Positions 1 through 9,054 of a stretch of 37,629 nt of DNA are shown here, piece by piece. Numbering within the stretch: the stretch's first letter is position 1; each line of letters opens with the position of its first letter. The notes beneath the pieces were generated by a model that saw only the letters and a list, made by a program, of their open reading frames with translations, had not been told where the DNA came from and did no database searches. Source of the stretch: an uncultured Draconibacterium sp. (GTDB lineage Bacteria > Bacteroidota > Bacteroidia > Bacteroidales > UBA12170). A program made the translations under genes and the position numbers. The stretch lies in assembly GCA_964412145.1 (NCBI GenBank), contig CAYPOW010000002.1:1-37629 (forward strand), in the 5' to 3' direction.

Positions 1-1
1 A

Positions 2-1720
2 AACCCACATTGGGGGAGAATAGCAGAGAGTTTTGGCGAAGATCCTTATTTAATTTCTGAAATGACCAAAGCCTATATCAATGGCTCTCAGGGAAAAGGA
101 TTAGAGAACGCGAGCAGTACTGCTGTTTGTATAAAGCATTTTATTGGTTATGGAGCAGGCCGAAATGGGAAAGATAGAGCCAATGCCATTATCCCTGAGA
201 ATGATCTACGACAATATTTTTTACCTCCTTTTGAAAAGGCAGTGGAAAATGGTGCTATGAGTGTAATGATAAGCTCAAATGCTGTAAACGGAATTCCTTG
301 TCATATCAACAGCTATTATATAAACGATATTCTAAAAGGGGAAATGAATTTTAAAGGTGTCGTAATCTCAGATTTTAGCGATGTAGATTATCTAGTTGAT
401 GCACATCAATCAGCCAAAAATAAACGAGAAGCCACCAAAATGGCTGTTAATGCTGGTTTAGACATTATTATGAATCCTTTTGGAGCAGATATTGTTGAGA
501 TTATTATGGATTTAGTTGAGAATAACGAAATTCCAATGAGTAGAATAGATGATGCGGTTAGTAGAGTCCTTCGACTGAAATTTCACTTGAATCTTTTTGA
601 TGTTCCCTACACCAATCCTGCAGATTATACAGAATTTGGAAGCGAAAAACATATTCAAATAAATTACGATGCGGCCAGCGAAGCCATAACATTACTTAAA
701 AACGATGGAAATATTTTACCGCTTTCCTCCAATAAAAAGGTGTTAGTAACAGGCTATTCTGCAAACTCCATAAATATATTAAATGGTGCTTGGTCGAGGT
801 CTTTTCTGGGTAGAGATACGCTGTTTAATGATCCTACAAAGCTTACAATATTGGAGGCAGTGAAAAAACAAATTGGAAGTCAAAATATAGAATTTGTTGA
901 AGGGACTAATTATTTAGAAGATATTAATTCTGATTTAGCAGTAGCAAAAGCTGAAAAAGTAGATTATGTGGTAGTTTGTGTTGGCGAAATACCTGCAACA
1001 GAAAAGCCTTCAGATATTAATGAATTGGACCTTCCTGCAGTTCAACAAGAATTGGTTAAGAAATTAGCCAAAATAGGAAAACCAATTATTATGGTTTTGG
1101 TAGAAGGGCGCCCACGTATAATTCGGGAAATTGAACCTCTTGTTGATGCTGTTATCATGGCTTATCTCCCTGGTCAAGAAGGTGGAAGAGCAATTGCAGA
1201 TGTGCTCTATGGAAAAATAAACCCAAGTGGCAAATTGCCAAACACCTATCCAAAGTATTCTGGAAACATATTGCCTTATTATCATAAAAAGGCAGATGTG
1301 AGAGATGTAAATTGGGGTTACGATGGCTTTTATCCTCAATATGAATTTGGCTATGGTTTATCCTATACAACATTTGAATATTCGAACTTAACAATAAGTA
1401 ACGATGTTCTTTCTGCAAATCAAGAATTAGTTGTTAGCGTTGAGCTTAAGAATACAGGCTCTCGAGCAGGAAAAGAAGTTGTTCAGCTTTATTTAAAAGA
1501 TATGGTGGCTTCTGTTTCTCCCGATACGAAAAGGTTAATTCGGTTTTCTAAAATAGAGCTAAAAGCTGGAGAATCTAAAACTCTTAAATTCATTATCAAA
1601 ACTGATGATTTGCAAAGCATTGGAATAGATAATAAGTGGGTTGTTGAAGAGGGAGAATTTGAACTTCAGATAGGCGGAAATCCAAAGGAATTAATTAAAA
1701 GTATTTTTTATTTTAAGTAA
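2..1720 (+). CDS. GH3 beta-glucosidase (BglX-like), 5'-truncated by the window edge
   Basis: The frame is open from base 2 (NPHWGRIAESFGEDPYLISEM, the GH3 WGR..E.FGEDP motif), so the Met at 62 is internal. It has KHFIGYG, nucleophile context VISDF, ITLLKN, PSGKLP, FGYGLSYTTF and a C-terminal Fn3-like domain (GKEVVQLY). Confidence 0.95.
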   Translation, partial: NPHWGRIAESFGEDPYLISEMTKAYINGSQGKGLENASSTAVCIKHFIGYGAGRNGKDRANAIIPENDLRQYFLPPFEKAVENGAMSVMISSNAVNGIPCHINSYYINDILKGEMNFKGVVISDFSDVDYLVDAHQSAKNKREATKMAVNAGLDIIMNPFGADIVEIIMDLVENNEIPMSRIDDAVSRVLRLKFHLNLFDVPYTNPADYTEFGSEKHIQINYDAASEAITLLKNDGNILPLSSNKKVLVTGYSANSINILNGAWSRSFLGRDTLFNDPTKLTILEAVKKQIGSQNIEFVEGTNYLEDINSDLAVAKAEKVDYVVVCVGEIPATEKPSDINELDLPAVQQELVKKLAKIGKPIIMVLVEGRPRIIREIEPLVDAVIMAYLPGQEGGRAIADVLYGKINPSGKLPNTYPKYSGNILPYYHKKADVRDVNWGYDGFYPQYEFGYGLSYTTFEYSNLTISNDVLSANQELVVSVELKNTGSRAGKEVVQLYLKDMVASVSPDTKRLIRFSKIELKAGESKTLKFIIKTDDLQSIGIDNKWVVEEGEFELQIGGNPKELIKSIFYFK

Positions 1721-1791
1721 TAAAACATTCAAAATTAGAACTTTCTTAATAAATATAAATAAAATATTACACGCATCTAAAAACAGAAATT

Positions 1792-3585
1792 ATGAAAAAA
1801 ATCTTTACTCTTTTATTAGCTTTAACTCTCACAGGTTTTAGTTTTGCTCAGTCGACGATCGATTTTGAGACCCTTGGCCACGATTGGTCTTGGACTATTT
1901 TTGAAAATGGAGACAATGACGCCTCATTATACTCCGTAGTTGATAACCCTGTGAATACAGGCATTAATACTTCAGCTAAAGCTGGAAAGTATATTATAAA
2001 CGGTGCTGCTCAGCCTTGGGCTGGATTATGGTCGGCAGATTTAGGTTCCCTTACTTTTACTGCTGATAATTGCATTGTTAAAGTGATGGTTTACAAAGAT
2101 GTGACTTCAATTTTTGGTGTGAAATTTGAGAATGATGACGCCTCTGTAAATTTTGAAGTTAAAGTAGCTAATACTGTAACAGGAGAATGGGAAGAATTAA
2201 CATTTGATTTTTCTGCCCAAATAGGAAAAACAGTCACTAAAATTGTTCTTTTCCCTGATTTCCCTGATTCTAGAACAGCAGGATCAACTGATTATTTTGA
2301 TAATATTAGCTTTAATGCTAGAAGTGGCGGCGAAGTAGTTGCGCCTTCTCTCCCAATAGATTTTGAGACGGGAGACTTTACTTTTACAGATTTTGATGGC
2401 GGTGCAGTTACTGTTATTGATAACCCTCAATCTTCAGGATCAAACACGAGTACTAAAGTGGCTCAAATGGTAAAGAGTGCTGGTCAAACTTGGGGTGGAA
2501 GCTGGATTGCTCTTGATGGTGCAATAGACTTTTCTACAAATAATGCTTTTTCTATGAAAGTATATTCTCCAAGAGTAGGCGTCCCTGTTTTATTCAAAAT
2601 AGAAAATGCCGATAATGGTGATATTAAAATGGAGAATACAGTGAATACAACTGTTGCTAACCAATGGGAAACGCTTACTTTCGACTTTACTGGAGCCGCT
2701 TCTGATACTTATTCAAAATTGATTTTTATTTATGAAAATGGAACTATGGGTGATGGCAGCGCAGACTGGACTTTCCTTTTTGATGATATTGAGCAAGTGG
2801 ATGCTACAGGTGGCCTTTCACAGATAGATATGCCTGTAACTTTTGAGAGTGAAACTGTAAATTATACTTTAACAGATTTTGGTGGAAACGCTTCTTCTTT
2901 AGTTGATGATCCAGCAAATTCAGGTAATACTGTTGCAAAGGTGATTAAAACCGCGGCTGCCGCAACCTGGGCAGGAACTACAATAGGAACACCTCTTGGT
3001 TTTGCAACCAACATTCCAATCTCATTAACTGATTCTAAAATGACTGCACGTGTTTGGTCTCCGGAATCAGGAACCCCTATCCGTTTGAAAATTGAAGATG
3101 CAAATGTTCCTGAACACACTTGCGAGACAGAAACAATTACGACTGTTGCTGCAGGCTGGGAGACCATTGAATTCGACTTTGTCAATCAAGCGCCAGGAAC
3201 CGAGTCATTAAGTGTTGGTTTGGGTTATGGTTGGATATACAATATGGCATCTATCTTTTTCAATTTTGGAACAGATGGTGCAACAGCAGGTGAAAAAACC
3301 TATTATTTTGATGATGTTAAAATGTATGAAGAAACTACAGGTTTTGATAATCTAGATCAAATCGAGTTTAGAGTTTATCCAAATCCGGCTAGTGACTTCT
3401 TATACATTTCTAATCCTGCTGATATGAAGCGAATAGAAATCTATAGTGTTACAGGAAAGAAAGTTAGATCTTACGATTATTTTGAGAATAAAATTCATAT
3501 TAGAGAATTACCTCAAGGTGTTTATATCATTGCCGCAGAAAGTAAATCAGGCGAAATATTTTCATCGAAATTCTTTAAAAACTAA
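1792..3585 (+). CDS. Secreted T9SS cargo protein with three tandem beta-sandwich (CBM-like) repeats; no recognisable catalytic domain
   Basis: Signal peptide MKKIFTLLLALTLTGFSFA/Q. Three ~155-170 aa repeats start IDFET/IDFET/VTFES and share (N/D)P..(T/S)G, W.G, WE(E/T)(L/I)(T/E)FDF and FD(N/D)(I/V). C-terminal T9SS type A domain VYPNPASD...G.Y...KF.K. Confidence 0.85.
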   Translation: MKKIFTLLLALTLTGFSFAQSTIDFETLGHDWSWTIFENGDNDASLYSVVDNPVNTGINTSAKAGKYIINGAAQPWAGLWSADLGSLTFTADNCIVKVMVYKDVTSIFGVKFENDDASVNFEVKVANTVTGEWEELTFDFSAQIGKTVTKIVLFPDFPDSRTAGSTDYFDNISFNARSGGEVVAPSLPIDFETGDFTFTDFDGGAVTVIDNPQSSGSNTSTKVAQMVKSAGQTWGGSWIALDGAIDFSTNNAFSMKVYSPRVGVPVLFKIENADNGDIKMENTVNTTVANQWETLTFDFTGAASDTYSKLIFIYENGTMGDGSADWTFLFDDIEQVDATGGLSQIDMPVTFESETVNYTLTDFGGNASSLVDDPANSGNTVAKVIKTAAAATWAGTTIGTPLGFATNIPISLTDSKMTARVWSPESGTPIRLKIEDANVPEHTCETETITTVAAGWETIEFDFVNQAPGTESLSVGLGYGWIYNMASIFFNFGTDGATAGEKTYYFDDVKMYEETTGFDNLDQIEFRVYPNPASDFLYISNPADMKRIEIYSVTGKKVRSYDYFENKIHIRELPQGVYIIAAESKSGEIFSSKFFKN

Positions 3586-3612
3586 GACCCCATTAAACAT
3601 TATCATAACTTG

Positions 3613-3646
3613 GGCGCTTAACTCGAGAGGGTTAAGCGCTTTTTTT
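3613..3646 (+). terminator. Rho-independent terminator
   Basis: GCGCTTAACTC-GAGA-GGGTTAAGCGC hairpin with a GNRA loop, followed by a T run, ~30 nt after the stop at 3585. Confidence 0.9.
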
Positions 3647-3697
3647 AAGAGAAAAAAATAGTATTAAAGATTGTCGATGGACTTCAATATTGGAAGA

Positions 3698-5947
3698 ATG
3701 AAAAAGCGAATAAAATCAATAAAGAAACAAATGATTGAAAAAACACCTGTTCAAGCTTTATTCTTTTTCTTGTATTTTGTTGTATTCAGCTTTTCTACTC
3801 AAGCCCAAAATGTAAACCATTGGGAAATGGGTGTTACAGCAAGCGATACTTGGCGCTATTTTCCTGGAACTTCAGAACCTAATGCAAATTGGAATACCAT
3901 TGGTTTTGATACTTCAAGCTGGAGTATAGGTCCTGGTGGCATTGGTTATGGCGATGGAGATGATGGTACAATTATAGCCAATGTCCCCTCTGTATATTTG
4001 AGAAGAGTTTTCAATATTGTTGATGTAGATAAAATAGCACAACTTATTTTAGATATAGATTATGACGATGCTTTTGTGGCTTATATAAACGGTGAAGAAA
4101 TTGCAAGAGCAAATATCGATGGAAAAAAGCCTTCTTATTCAACTTATGCAAACAATTATATCGAAGCACAAATGTACAGTGGTGGCTTGCCTCAACGATA
4201 TATCTTGCCTGAGAGTATCATTGAAGAACACTTATTAACTGGTAATAATGTATTGGCTATTCAAGTGCATAATTACAATGCTACTTCCTCGGATTTATCA
4301 TCTAATGCCTTCTTGTTTCTCGGTATCAACGATAATAGCTCTAATTATCGGGCTTTGCCAACGTGGTTTGAAAGCCCTTTTGCCTTTGCTTCTCATTTGC
4401 CATTATTAATCATCGAAACCTACGGAAAAACTATCCCTGATGAGCCTAAGATACACGCCAGCTTAAAAGTGGTTGACCACCAAGATGGCGAAATGAATAA
4501 TTATCTGGATGAAGCAACAACACAGTATACCAATATTGGAATCGAAACTCGGGGTCAATCCTCTCTTTACTTCTTTCCTAAGAAAAGCTATGGATTTGAA
4601 TTGCGTGATGATGCAGGCGAAGGAATAAACGATACGCTGCTTGGATTGCCTAAAGAGGAGGACTGGGTATTGTATGCTCCTTATTCTGATAAAACAATGT
4701 TGCGTAATGCAATCACCTATCAGCTTGGTAGAAAAATAGGCTCCTGGCAACCGCGCTTTAAATATTGTGAAGTCTATCTAAATGGCGATTATCAAGGCAT
4801 CTATTTATTGCTCGAAAAGATTAAACGAGATAAGAATAGAGTTGATATTTCAAAGCTTAGAACCGATGAAATTGCGGGCGATTCCTTAACGGGAGGCTAT
4901 ATTGTTAAAGTAGATAAAATTCAGGATCTAAGCCAGAATGAGTATTTTTATACTTATCCAACAATACGCTATCCCAATACCAGAAACTACGCTTTTACCT
5001 ATGTATATCCTAAAGCGGATAATATTGTATGGGAGCAGAAAAACTATATCAACGATTTTCTTGCCGAAGCAGAAACTTCCCTCAATGGAAGTGATTTTAC
5101 CAATCCAACAACAGGCTATGCAAAGTATTTCGATGTTAATTCTTTTGTGGAATTTCAAATTATGAACGAGTTTGCTAATAATGTGGATGGCTATAGGTTT
5201 TCAACCTATTTTCATAAACAGAAAGATAGCAAAGGAGGTAAGCTATTTGCTGGTCCACTTTGGGATTTTAATCTTGGATATGGAAATGTAGATTATGCAC
5301 CAGACAATTTATCTACCAGCCAATGGCTTTATAATAAATATGGTTCAGGAGATTGGCAACCTATGCATTGGTGGGCTCGTTTGATGGAAGATCCAAATTA
5401 TCAGGAGGCGCTTTATCAAAGATGGACAGAGCTGCGTTCAGGTCCTTTGAGTAATGATTCCATACTTGCAGATATGCAAGAAATGATTGATCATTTAGGG
5501 ACTGCAATAGATAGGAATTACGATAAATGGCCAATAATAGGAGAGTATGTTTGGCCAAACTTCGATTATCAGAATACAAGCTATTCCCAGGAGTATGAAT
5601 TTCTTGCGAAATGGATGATCTTTAGATTGGAATGGATGGACAATCAAATAACATCAACCACTGGCCTTTTTGATCGGAATCAATCTATTCGGGAGCTGAG
5701 TGTTTATCCTAATCCTGTTCGCGATCGTTTGAATATCCGGTTTGAGCTGAACAGTACAAGCAGTTTAGAAATTAATCTATTTGATGTGCTTGGTAAGCTG
5801 GTTTATCAATCAAGCAATGAACCAATGAGTGTGGGCCTTCAAAATATTGCTCTGAATCTTCCCCAGCTGAAAGCGGGTTATTATACATTGAGTATCCAGC
5901 AGAGCAATCAAATTATTGGTCGACAAAAAGTGATAGTGAATCCCTAA
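3698..5947 (+). CDS. CotH kinase family protein with N-terminal galactose-binding-like domain and T9SS C-terminal domain
   Basis: CotH motifs IETRGQSS..FPKKSY, EEDWVL.APYSDKT..RN, G.YQGIY.L.EKIK, NVDGY and GPLWDFNLGYGN; CTD VYPNPVRD. The start is uncertain (TTG 3671, ATG 3698 or ATG 3731); the signal peptide ends at TQA/Q. Confidence 0.9.
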   Translation: MKKRIKSIKKQMIEKTPVQALFFFLYFVVFSFSTQAQNVNHWEMGVTASDTWRYFPGTSEPNANWNTIGFDTSSWSIGPGGIGYGDGDDGTIIANVPSVYLRRVFNIVDVDKIAQLILDIDYDDAFVAYINGEEIARANIDGKKPSYSTYANNYIEAQMYSGGLPQRYILPESIIEEHLLTGNNVLAIQVHNYNATSSDLSSNAFLFLGINDNSSNYRALPTWFESPFAFASHLPLLIIETYGKTIPDEPKIHASLKVVDHQDGEMNNYLDEATTQYTNIGIETRGQSSLYFFPKKSYGFELRDDAGEGINDTLLGLPKEEDWVLYAPYSDKTMLRNAITYQLGRKIGSWQPRFKYCEVYLNGDYQGIYLLLEKIKRDKNRVDISKLRTDEIAGDSLTGGYIVKVDKIQDLSQNEYFYTYPTIRYPNTRNYAFTYVYPKADNIVWEQKNYINDFLAEAETSLNGSDFTNPTTGYAKYFDVNSFVEFQIMNEFANNVDGYRFSTYFHKQKDSKGGKLFAGPLWDFNLGYGNVDYAPDNLSTSQWLYNKYGSGDWQPMHWWARLMEDPNYQEALYQRWTELRSGPLSNDSILADMQEMIDHLGTAIDRNYDKWPIIGEYVWPNFDYQNTSYSQEYEFLAKWMIFRLEWMDNQITSTTGLFDRNQSIRELSVYPNPVRDRLNIRFELNSTSSLEINLFDVLGKLVYQSSNEPMSVGLQNIALNLPQLKAGYYTLSIQQSNQIIGRQKVIVNP

Positions 5948-6045
5948 TTATAGCAATGTATCATATCATTAAAGCAATGCCAGGGACAAATTTAGATAGC
6001 TTAAATTTGAACTAATACTATACTTGTGTGTGCATTTGTGTGTAT

Positions 6046-6083
6046 AAAAATAAAAAGCAGCTACAAAATCAATATTTGTAACT
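6046..6083 (-). terminator. Probable terminator of the minus-strand sulfatase operon
   Basis: Minus strand reads AGTTACAAA-7 nt-TTTGTAGCT (one G-U pair) then GCTTTTTATTTTT, in the convergent intergenic gap. Confidence 0.55.
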
Positions 6084-6096
6084 CTCTGTAAATTAA

Positions 6097-6108
6097 GTCG
6101 GAGTGACA
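6097..6108 (-). other. Possible tRNA-Pro 3'-end remnant (att-like scar)
   Basis: Minus strand TGTCACTCCGAC resembles the end of a tRNA-Pro (...TCCTGTCACTCCGAC) and is followed by a terminator-like hairpin. There is no cloverleaf, and the match is only 12 nt. Confidence 0.35.
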
Positions 6109-6225
6109 AAGGGTGACGAATATTTTTTTGCTATTGAGGAAAACATATATCTATAAAAAATTACGCTTAAACAATAACCCCATATATTATTCCTCAAATT
6201 TTAGGGGTAGCATAATTAGGCGCTT

Positions 6226-7623
6226 TTATTGAACTTCTTTCAACACCTTTTTTAATTCATCCACAACTGTTTTATAACCTTCTTCATTTACCACATTTAT
6301 ATTTTGATCCGGGTCTTTATTCATATCGTAAAGCATCTTACCTAAATCAGTATTGTTTTTGGTTTTAAACTCCGTATAAATGAAGTCTTTGCTTATGACT
6401 GTTTTGCCTGTTTGATAAGTTACATAGGCATAATTTTTTACCTTTTCTTGAGGATTCGCAAGGATGGGTTTGAGGCTGACTCCTTCCAAATGTTCTGGTA
6501 CATTGATTGTGCTCAAGTCGCAAAGCGTTGGATAAATATCTACAAATTCGCTGATAGACATGGTTTTTCCAGCTTTCATTCCAGGAGCACTAATAATCAT
6601 TGGAGCATGAATGGAAGTATTGTAATGTGCATGTTTGGCCCAAAGTAAATGTTCACCTAAATTCCAACCATGATCGCCTATCAATATTACAATTGTGTTT
6701 TCTCTAAGTCCTAGTCGATCCAATTCAGCTAATACTTTTCCAACAGCATAATCTGTATAACTCACGCAAGCATAATAAGATCGAATTAAATCTTCAGCTA
6801 AAAGTGTATCCAATACTCCTTCATCAGGAATATCTAAATAAGATCTCAGTTCATTAAAATTATGCAAAGAAGCCTTTGGAGCACCTTTAGGGATAAAATA
6901 GTTATCCGGAATATGAATATCCATTTCATCATATATTTTCTTGTATTTTGCAGGAGCATTGAAAGGCAAATGGGGTTTCAAGAATCCAACACTTAAAAAG
7001 AATGGATCATCAGATTTGGCTAATTCTTTCAACTGTTTAATTGCTTCGTTTGCAATTTCTCCATCGTAATAAGCATCGTCATTCACTTCGGGGAATTCTC
7101 TGCTATTTCCAATGTGCTTTTTATTTTTAGCTAGTTCTTGATTTTCTTCCGTGATGTAATTTCGCCATCTTAAACCTGGTTTATTATCTGGCCGGTAGGC
7201 TTTTTTCGACCAACTCTCAGGGCTGTCAGTCATATGATGAAAAACTTTACCAAGTGAAACTGTCGTATAGCCATTGTTTTTAAAATGTTCTGGTAAAGTT
7301 GTAATATCAGGTACATCTCGATCGGCACGCGCATCGTAGTTGATAAATCGCGCTTTAGTTGGGCGCATTCCTGTGAGTAGACTAGCTCTGGAAGCTCCAC
7401 TTACGGGAACATTGCAATACGCTTTTTGGAAAACCATACCCTCAGATGCTAAACGATCAATATTGGGCGATTGAACATATGGATGATCATAACAACCTAA
7501 TTCAGGACGTAAATCGTCAGCAATAATAAACAGAACATTTGGTAATTTATTTTCGACTTTATCTTTTGCGCTTAATGAAAATAAGGAAGAAATGGCTAAT
7601 AATGAAACAGTTGTTTTTTTCAT
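6226..7623 (-). CDS. S1 sulfatase, Ser-type, iduronate-2-sulfatase-like (possibly S1_7)
   Basis: PNVLFIIADDLRP, SPNIDRLA, motif SGASRASLLTG, GKVFH, GFLKPHLPF, GDHGW.LGEH..WAKH; signal peptide. Confidence 0.93.
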   Translation of the reverse strand: MKKTTVSLLAISSLFSLSAKDKVENKLPNVLFIIADDLRPELGCYDHPYVQSPNIDRLASEGMVFQKAYCNVPVSGASRASLLTGMRPTKARFINYDARADRDVPDITTLPEHFKNNGYTTVSLGKVFHHMTDSPESWSKKAYRPDNKPGLRWRNYITEENQELAKNKKHIGNSREFPEVNDDAYYDGEIANEAIKQLKELAKSDDPFFLSVGFLKPHLPFNAPAKYKKIYDEMDIHIPDNYFIPKGAPKASLHNFNELRSYLDIPDEGVLDTLLAEDLIRSYYACVSYTDYAVGKVLAELDRLGLRENTIVILIGDHGWNLGEHLLWAKHAHYNTSIHAPMIISAPGMKAGKTMSISEFVDIYPTLCDLSTINVPEHLEGVSLKPILANPQEKVKNYAYVTYQTGKTVISKDFIYTEFKTKNNTDLGKMLYDMNKDPDQNINVVNEEGYKTVVDELKKVLKEVQ

Positions 7624-7638
7624 TGGTGTAGATTTTGT

Positions 7639-9051
7639 TTAATTTTTCTTCTCAAAGGCATGAATTTCTTCTTTAAAAAGTTCCATAGATTTAAAAAGAG
7701 AGTCAGCGATTATCGGAAATTGATATCGAATATTATTTTGCTCATAAGGATTAGCAATCAAATTGTATAATTCCAAACTATCCACATCGTAATAATGGAA
7801 TAATTTATAATCTCCTTTCCGTATTACCGAAGTATTATGATCGCCTGTACTTGTTGGCCGACCAGTTGGTGAATGCCAGAAAAAAGTTCTGTTTTGGTTA
7901 ATCGTTTCGCCTTGTAAAGCATTTGCAAAACTATGGCCATCCAGATGAGCTTTCGGCTGAAGAGGCAGATTGACTAATTCCAAAACCGTTGGGAAAATAT
8001 CGGTATTTACAATTACAGAATTATTAATAGTTCCAGCTTTCCCATTTCCTCCTTTTACAATTGTAGGGATTTTTATGCCGCCATCGTAAATGTGCCCTTT
8101 TCCAGCTCGAAGTGGTAAATTGGAAGTAGCCAAAGGACGTAAATTTTCGGGGCCGGAATTGGATAAACCTCCGTGATCAGAAGTAAGAATGATGATGGTG
8201 TTATCATAAATTCCTTCCTCTTTTAATGTTTGGATTAATCGACCTAAGCTTTCATCCACACTTTCAATCATAGCTGCATAAACCGGATTGTTTTGATGCA
8301 TCCGTTGTCTGCCGTCCACATTAACTTCAAAATCAGCTCCTTCAAAATGCATGTTTTCAAGCTTTCGCTGATATTTTTTAATCTTTTCTGGTTTTGCTTC
8401 CAAAGGAGTATGAACGGCATAATGGCCAACAAAAGCAAAGAAGGGTTTTGATTTTTGTTCTTTGATGAATTGAACGGTCTCATCAGTAATATAATCGGTG
8501 ATGTAAGTTCCGGGTACTGCATTTTCGAATCCAATAATTTGTCTGGCTTTATGCCCAGTAGCTTTTTTATAGGTATTGAAGGGTGCAAAATATGAAATAG
8601 GAGCACCTGCGGAACAACCCCCAATATTAATATCATAACCCTGATTTTGTGGCCAATGAGCTTCGTCGTGACCTAAATGCCATTTACCAATAAAGAAAGT
8701 AGTGTATCCATTTTCCTGCATGGCTTCTCCAAGGGTTTTTTCTTCTTGAACCATTACATCTGTGCGGCCGGGAATACCTGCTCTTGACGGATATTTTCCT
8801 GTATGTAGCGCATAGCGTGATGGTACACATCGTGGATGAGCAGCATAAGAATTTGTAAATCGAACGCCTTGATTAGCTAAATTATCAATATTTGGAGTTT
8901 CGTAAAACTCAGAGCCTTCAATAGATAAATCTTTCCAGCCCAAATCGTCCACTACAAAAAGAATAATGTTTGGTGATTCTTTTTTGCACGAGCTAAATCC
9001 AAAAAAACTAGCAAATGCCAATATCCACGAAAAGGTTTTTTTTGAAAACAT
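7639..9051 (-). CDS. S1 sulfatase, Cys-type, predicted lipoprotein
   Basis: Lipobox FSS-C(KKE), PNIILFVVDDLGW, CVPSRYALHTG, GKWHLG, HYAVHTP, SDHGG, GKG.IYDGG. Confidence 0.95.
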   Translation of the reverse strand: MFSKKTFSWILAFASFFGFSSCKKESPNIILFVVDDLGWKDLSIEGSEFYETPNIDNLANQGVRFTNSYAAHPRCVPSRYALHTGKYPSRAGIPGRTDVMVQEEKTLGEAMQENGYTTFFIGKWHLGHDEAHWPQNQGYDINIGGCSAGAPISYFAPFNTYKKATGHKARQIIGFENAVPGTYITDYITDETVQFIKEQKSKPFFAFVGHYAVHTPLEAKPEKIKKYQRKLENMHFEGADFEVNVDGRQRMHQNNPVYAAMIESVDESLGRLIQTLKEEGIYDNTIIILTSDHGGLSNSGPENLRPLATSNLPLRAGKGHIYDGGIKIPTIVKGGNGKAGTINNSVIVNTDIFPTVLELVNLPLQPKAHLDGHSFANALQGETINQNRTFFWHSPTGRPTSTGDHNTSVIRKGDYKLFHYYDVDSLELYNLIANPYEQNNIRYQFPIIADSLFKSMELFKEEIHAFEKKN

Positions 9052-9054
9052 AAA

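Noticed and set aside
62-64. ATG 62 as the GH3 start
   Set aside because: The frame is open to the window edge and encodes the conserved WGR..ESFGEDP motif upstream of it.
5948-6225. Intact tRNA or ncRNA in the largest intergenic gap
   Set aside because: No cloverleaf, T-loop or anticodon arm; only a 12-nt 3'-end-like fragment.
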